A DNA stretch of 17,831 nt from Candidatus Venteria ishoeyi (GTDB taxonomy: Bacteria > Pseudomonadota > Gammaproteobacteria > Beggiatoales > Beggiatoaceae): contig NZ_JAUCGJ010000033.1 in NCBI RefSeq assembly GCF_030378065.1, positions 1 to 17,831 on the forward strand, in the 5' to 3' direction. This document shows, one piece after another, positions 16,001 to 17,831 of the stretch. The notes under the pieces were generated by a model. It was not told the DNA's origin, did no database searches, and was given only the letters and a program-made list of their open reading frames with translations. The number at the start of each line of letters is the position of its first letter. Position 1 is the stretch's first letter. Both the position numbers and the translations under genes were made by a program.

Positions 16001-17831
16001 TAGTTCTTCGCCAAGACCTAAGTCATCATCCAATTCTGGCAGGCTTTCTGTGCTGGCACCTTGTAATAACTGTCCAGACAAGTCTGCCACTTGTTCCGCT
16101 GTCAGTGGATTGGGCCACTGTGAGGCTTGCAGATGCGCAGCCAAGGCTGCGGCATTTTCCTGCGGTGCGGTTAAATAATCCAGCACCAGACCCGGCCAGG
16201 TTTCCAACTGTGTCTGCGCCGCGCTGCGAACAGCTTGATCTTCCGCGCTTAATGCCAGCAGATTATCATTAATAAAACTGCAAACTTCTTGCAAACCAAC
16301 CAAACCAGCTTGTTCTGCCGCATCCAGAATATCTTGTAAATGCGTGGTGTAAGTTTCCAGAGCTTCAAAGAAAACATCATTACTATTATCCATGGATACA
16401 ATATTCTCAAGCGCGTTTGATAAAGGAATAGCAGCGTCTGTTAAGGCCGCTGTAATTGAATTGACAACAGATTCTGGAATATTACCCGTTGCAACTGCTT
16501 CTTCAGCGGGCAGAAATTCATCAAACTCAGGTAATTCATCACCCAAATCATCTGTAAGTGTATCCAGAGCGGGCGCATTGTCTGCACCGGTCTCAACTTG
16601 CAGCAGTTGATCGTACAACTCCAGACTTTGTTCCATTGGCAAGGGGGTTGGCCAATGTTCATTTTGTAGATTCTCCAGCACAGCAGCCGTATTGGCTTCT
16701 GGAGCATCCAGGTAAGCTTGTAAGACATTGGGCCAGTTGTTAAAGATATCTTCAGCAGCTTGCCTTTCCTCCAGCGGCAACATACCCAGTGCTAACACGT
16801 TATTACTCAGAATAGTGCAAATTTCTTGTAAGCCTGATAGTTCCGCAGCATCCACTGCATCCATAAAAGGTTGCATTGTTTCAGCGTAATTGCTAACGGC
16901 TTCAAGCAAGGTTTCACTTTCATCTTCTGCCGATAAAATATCTGCTAATGCTGAGGATAAAGGGGCTGATATATCCGCTAAACTTGCTATAACTGCTTGT
17001 AACTGCCCATTTGACTGAGGTGTTGCAGTTGTTTGCAGTGGTGCTGCTAAATTGCTGTTTAAATCATTAACTTGTTCTTCTGTCAGTGGTATTGACCAGG
17101 CAGGTGATTTTAAGTGGCTGATTAAATGTTCTTTTTGCTCATCAGGATCGAGCAGATAATCTAATACAACAGCAGGCCAGGCTTCTAATAAGTTTTGCGT
17201 GGATTGACGCTCATCGGCTTCCAGCATGGAAAATGCCATAACATTTTCATTAATAAAGGCGCAAATACTGTTCAGTCCGGCATGTTCTGCGGCTTCAGCA
17301 GCAGACCAGAATAGCTGCAAAGCTTCAGTATATTGCTCAAGTGCAGATAATTGGCTATCACTGCCTGACTCTGCCTGGACTAAGGTGCTCAGTGAGGTGG
17401 ACAATATATCAGCAGTGCTGACAAGCACATCACTTAAGGCGGCAAATATATCAATGTCACTTGCTTCTGCAATTTCTGCGATTGTTTCAACATTGCTTTC
17501 ATCAGTCGTTTCTAAATCGGGTAGTGCTTCGTCCTCGGCTAAATCAAGTTCACCTAAATCAGCTAAACTTTCTTCTTCGCCTAAGTCCAGTTCATCAAAT
17601 TCAGGCAAGCTGTCTGCTTCGTCTAATTCGTCTAAACCCAAATCATCAAGTTCAGGCAATGTTTCCTCTGTGAGTTCAACATCCAGTGCTGCATCCTGCT
17701 CAATAACAGGCTCTGCTTGCAGGGTTTCAGTCTCTTCCAACTCTTCCAAATCGGCTAAGCTGTCTGCTTCATCTAAACCCAAATCATCAAGTTCAGGCAA
17801 TGTTTCCTCTGTGAGTTCAACATCCAGTGCT
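13007..17831 (-). CDS. Hybrid CheA-CheY histidine kinase of ChpA/PilL type (Hpt-P3-HATPase-CheW-REC), N-terminal repeat region; 5'-partial (continues beyond window end)
   Basis: The annotated 'M' at 17800 is really a TTG Leu inside an open frame that runs to the window edge. Hpt motif VAHTLKGSANIIGIKGIASVAHHLEDILEYL. Dimerisation start TLRVPTRTIDNLLRLVGEMS. HATPase_c (DPLMHILRNSVDHGME...GRGVGMDVV). CheW domain. C-terminal receiver HIMIVDDSLSVRKSL...MLVDMEMPRMNGIEL...YLTKP. N-terminal four ~100-aa repeats plus acidic PELDDLGL linkers. Followed by two cheW-like genes. Confidence 0.85.
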   Translation of the reverse strand, partial: ALDVELTEETLPELDDLGLDEADSLADLEELEETETLQAEPVIEQDAALDVELTEETLPELDDLGLDELDEADSLPEFDELDLGEEESLADLGELDLAEDEALPDLETTDESNVETIAEIAEASDIDIFAALSDVLVSTADILSTSLSTLVQAESGSDSQLSALEQYTEALQLFWSAAEAAEHAGLNSICAFINENVMAFSMLEADERQSTQNLLEAWPAVVLDYLLDPDEQKEHLISHLKSPAWSIPLTEEQVNDLNSNLAAPLQTTATPQSNGQLQAVIASLADISAPLSSALADILSAEDESETLLEAVSNYAETMQPFMDAVDAAELSGLQEICTILSNNVLALGMLPLEERQAAEDIFNNWPNVLQAYLDAPEANTAAVLENLQNEHWPTPLPMEQSLELYDQLLQVETGADNAPALDTLTDDLGDELPEFDEFLPAEEAVATGNIPESVVNSITAALTDAAIPLSNALENIVSMDNSNDVFFEALETYTTHLQDILDAAEQAGLVGLQEVCSFINDNLLALSAEDQAVRSAAQTQLETWPGLVLDYLTAPQENAAALAAHLQASQWPNPLTAEQVADLSGQLLQGASTESLPELDDDLGLGEELPEIEEELPALDELDELDETPDTEAEDVEGAAPEGEISLGNTEMLAMLQGEIEDSKEDLNENLQKFCQTDSSDPEFANIAENYTDLVQRLADAADMMGLPGLQQVCELIIDNAKQLAEKDQAARASSQSVLAQWPDLVIAYLQAPTDNVINLLNHLRESEWPAPLPDEQAHQLLNNLSQSSGMEEEEPEPSRETQAKPEDVNISPPADVNQDLLDAFLEEAPINAAEFTAALQRIVKNPVPEDVKLGQRVAHTLKGSANIIGIKGIASVAHHLEDILEYLAENAVPPPKPLTDTMIEAADTLEIMIDALLGKEEPPENAVTVLQEVLDWANRIDQGQLDVSEEELAKRKAELEKAASAAPVAAKPAAAGAGAAAPAGEAEQTLRVPTRTIDNLLRLVGEMSISIGQIQERLGQAMQNTKNLNSQEMQVQQKSYDLETLVDVQDISGRQRHRQIGDDADKEVDTEEEQASDDGDFDSLEFEQYNELHSLTHSFIETIADSRELGSTILDDLSSLDGMFIQQERLQKELQQVVMTTRMVPIKNITARLERIIRQTCRATDKQAEFSIIGGDILMDGDVLTKLTDPLMHILRNSVDHGMETPDERIAAGKQEGGSVVLNCFRQGNSIVVRCEDDGKGLNFEKIRGLAVERELIKETQELSPKELGRLIFIPGFTTKGGVTQISGRGVGMDVVHTSIKDLKGSVDIDSVPGKGTMISLTLPMSLVTEHALLIKVGKERFALPTSYLSQALASDAGKFKKVGNEISFHMEKNAYPVITLAELLHMPNVQPVTLTDERSLVLVEEEGKTTAVIVDALLDSRDLVSKTMGRYVQNVKGIAGASILGDGSVVALLDLPSLLRSPAKSISLSMSSSAGAEAADDIGIPHIMIVDDSLSVRKSLSQLVEDQGYETLLAKDGLEAIEMMGKTRPNVMLVDMEMPRMNGIELTAHVRANAATNDIPICMITSRTTEKHRTLAKDAGVSEYLTKPYQETDLLQFINASLKK
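17604..17831. repeat. Intragenic direct DNA repeat (copies about 17604-17690 and 17752-17831, period about 150 bp) encoding the acidic LPELDDLGLDE...LDVELTEETLPELDDLGL linker repeats
   Basis: Read directly: tgtctgcttc(g/a)tctaaacccaaatcatcaagttcaggcaatgtttcctctgtgagttcaacatccagtgct occurs twice nearly identically. One copy has a 9-bp insertion. The second copy runs off the window. Confidence 0.7.

Noticed and set aside
13062-16743. Many plus-strand ORFs (for example 14793..15374 and 15882..16178, Ser-rich) inside the ChpA-like gene
   Set aside because: Poly-Ser and poly-Ala translations are the antisense of the acidic (GAA/GAT) and Ala-rich linkers. The minus-strand frame has complete Hpt/HATPase/CheW/REC domains.
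17798-17800. Apparent start codon 'M' of the 1597-aa ORF at 17800
   Set aside because: The codon is TTG (Leu) inside the repeat LPELDDLGL. The frame stays open to the window edge (…ALDVELTEETLPELDD…), so the gene is 5'-truncated by the window and this is not a real start.
1-17831. CRISPR arrays, tRNA/rRNA genes, IS elements or integrases
   Set aside because: No regularly spaced short direct repeats, no cloverleaf-like conserved tRNA segments in intergenic regions, and no transposase- or integrase-like ORFs were seen. The only direct repeats are intragenic (kinase linker repeats).

Overview
The window looks like a gammaproteobacterial-type chromosomal segment of about 50% GC with 14 supportable protein-coding genes. 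I found no rRNA, tRNA or CRISPR array.

Plus strand, in order (1-8):
- 1. A signal-peptide rhodanese-domain protein.
- 2. A 362-aa secreted Pro/Gly/Tyr/Ser-rich low-complexity protein.
- 3. A Nudix hydrolase whose ATG overlaps the stop of the preceding gene (TAATG).
- 4. YicC.
- 5-6. An AT-rich islet carrying a HicB-like/HicA-like toxin-antitoxin pair.
- 7. glmS.
- 8. A histidine-phosphatase (phosphoglycerate-mutase-like) protein.

A strong bidirectional hairpin terminator follows the phosphatase gene.

Minus strand, converging on that terminator (9-14):
- 9. An 834-aa protein that I recognise as a bacterial homologue of the eukaryotic major vault protein (MVP). It has an N-terminal MVP-repeat region, a shoulder domain with the ETAD motif, and a C-terminal Q/A/L-rich cap-helix coiled coil.
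- 10. Plus strand: in the AT-rich gap upstream of the MVP gene and divergent from it, a 60-aa ORF with 9 Cys and a good RBS.
- 11. Glycogen synthase glgA.
- 12-13. Two CheW-domain genes.
- 14. A more than 1600-aa CheA-CheY hybrid kinase of ChpA/PilL type (Hpt-dimerisation-HATPase-CheW-REC). It is 5'-truncated by the window edge. Its N-terminal part consists of four ~100-aa repeats separated by FimV-like acidic PELDDLGL linkers, and these linkers are also visible as DNA tandem repeats.

The most unusual items are the bacterial MVP homologue with its neighbouring Cys-rich small ORF, the FUS-like low-complexity secreted protein, and the repeat architecture of the ChpA-like kinase.
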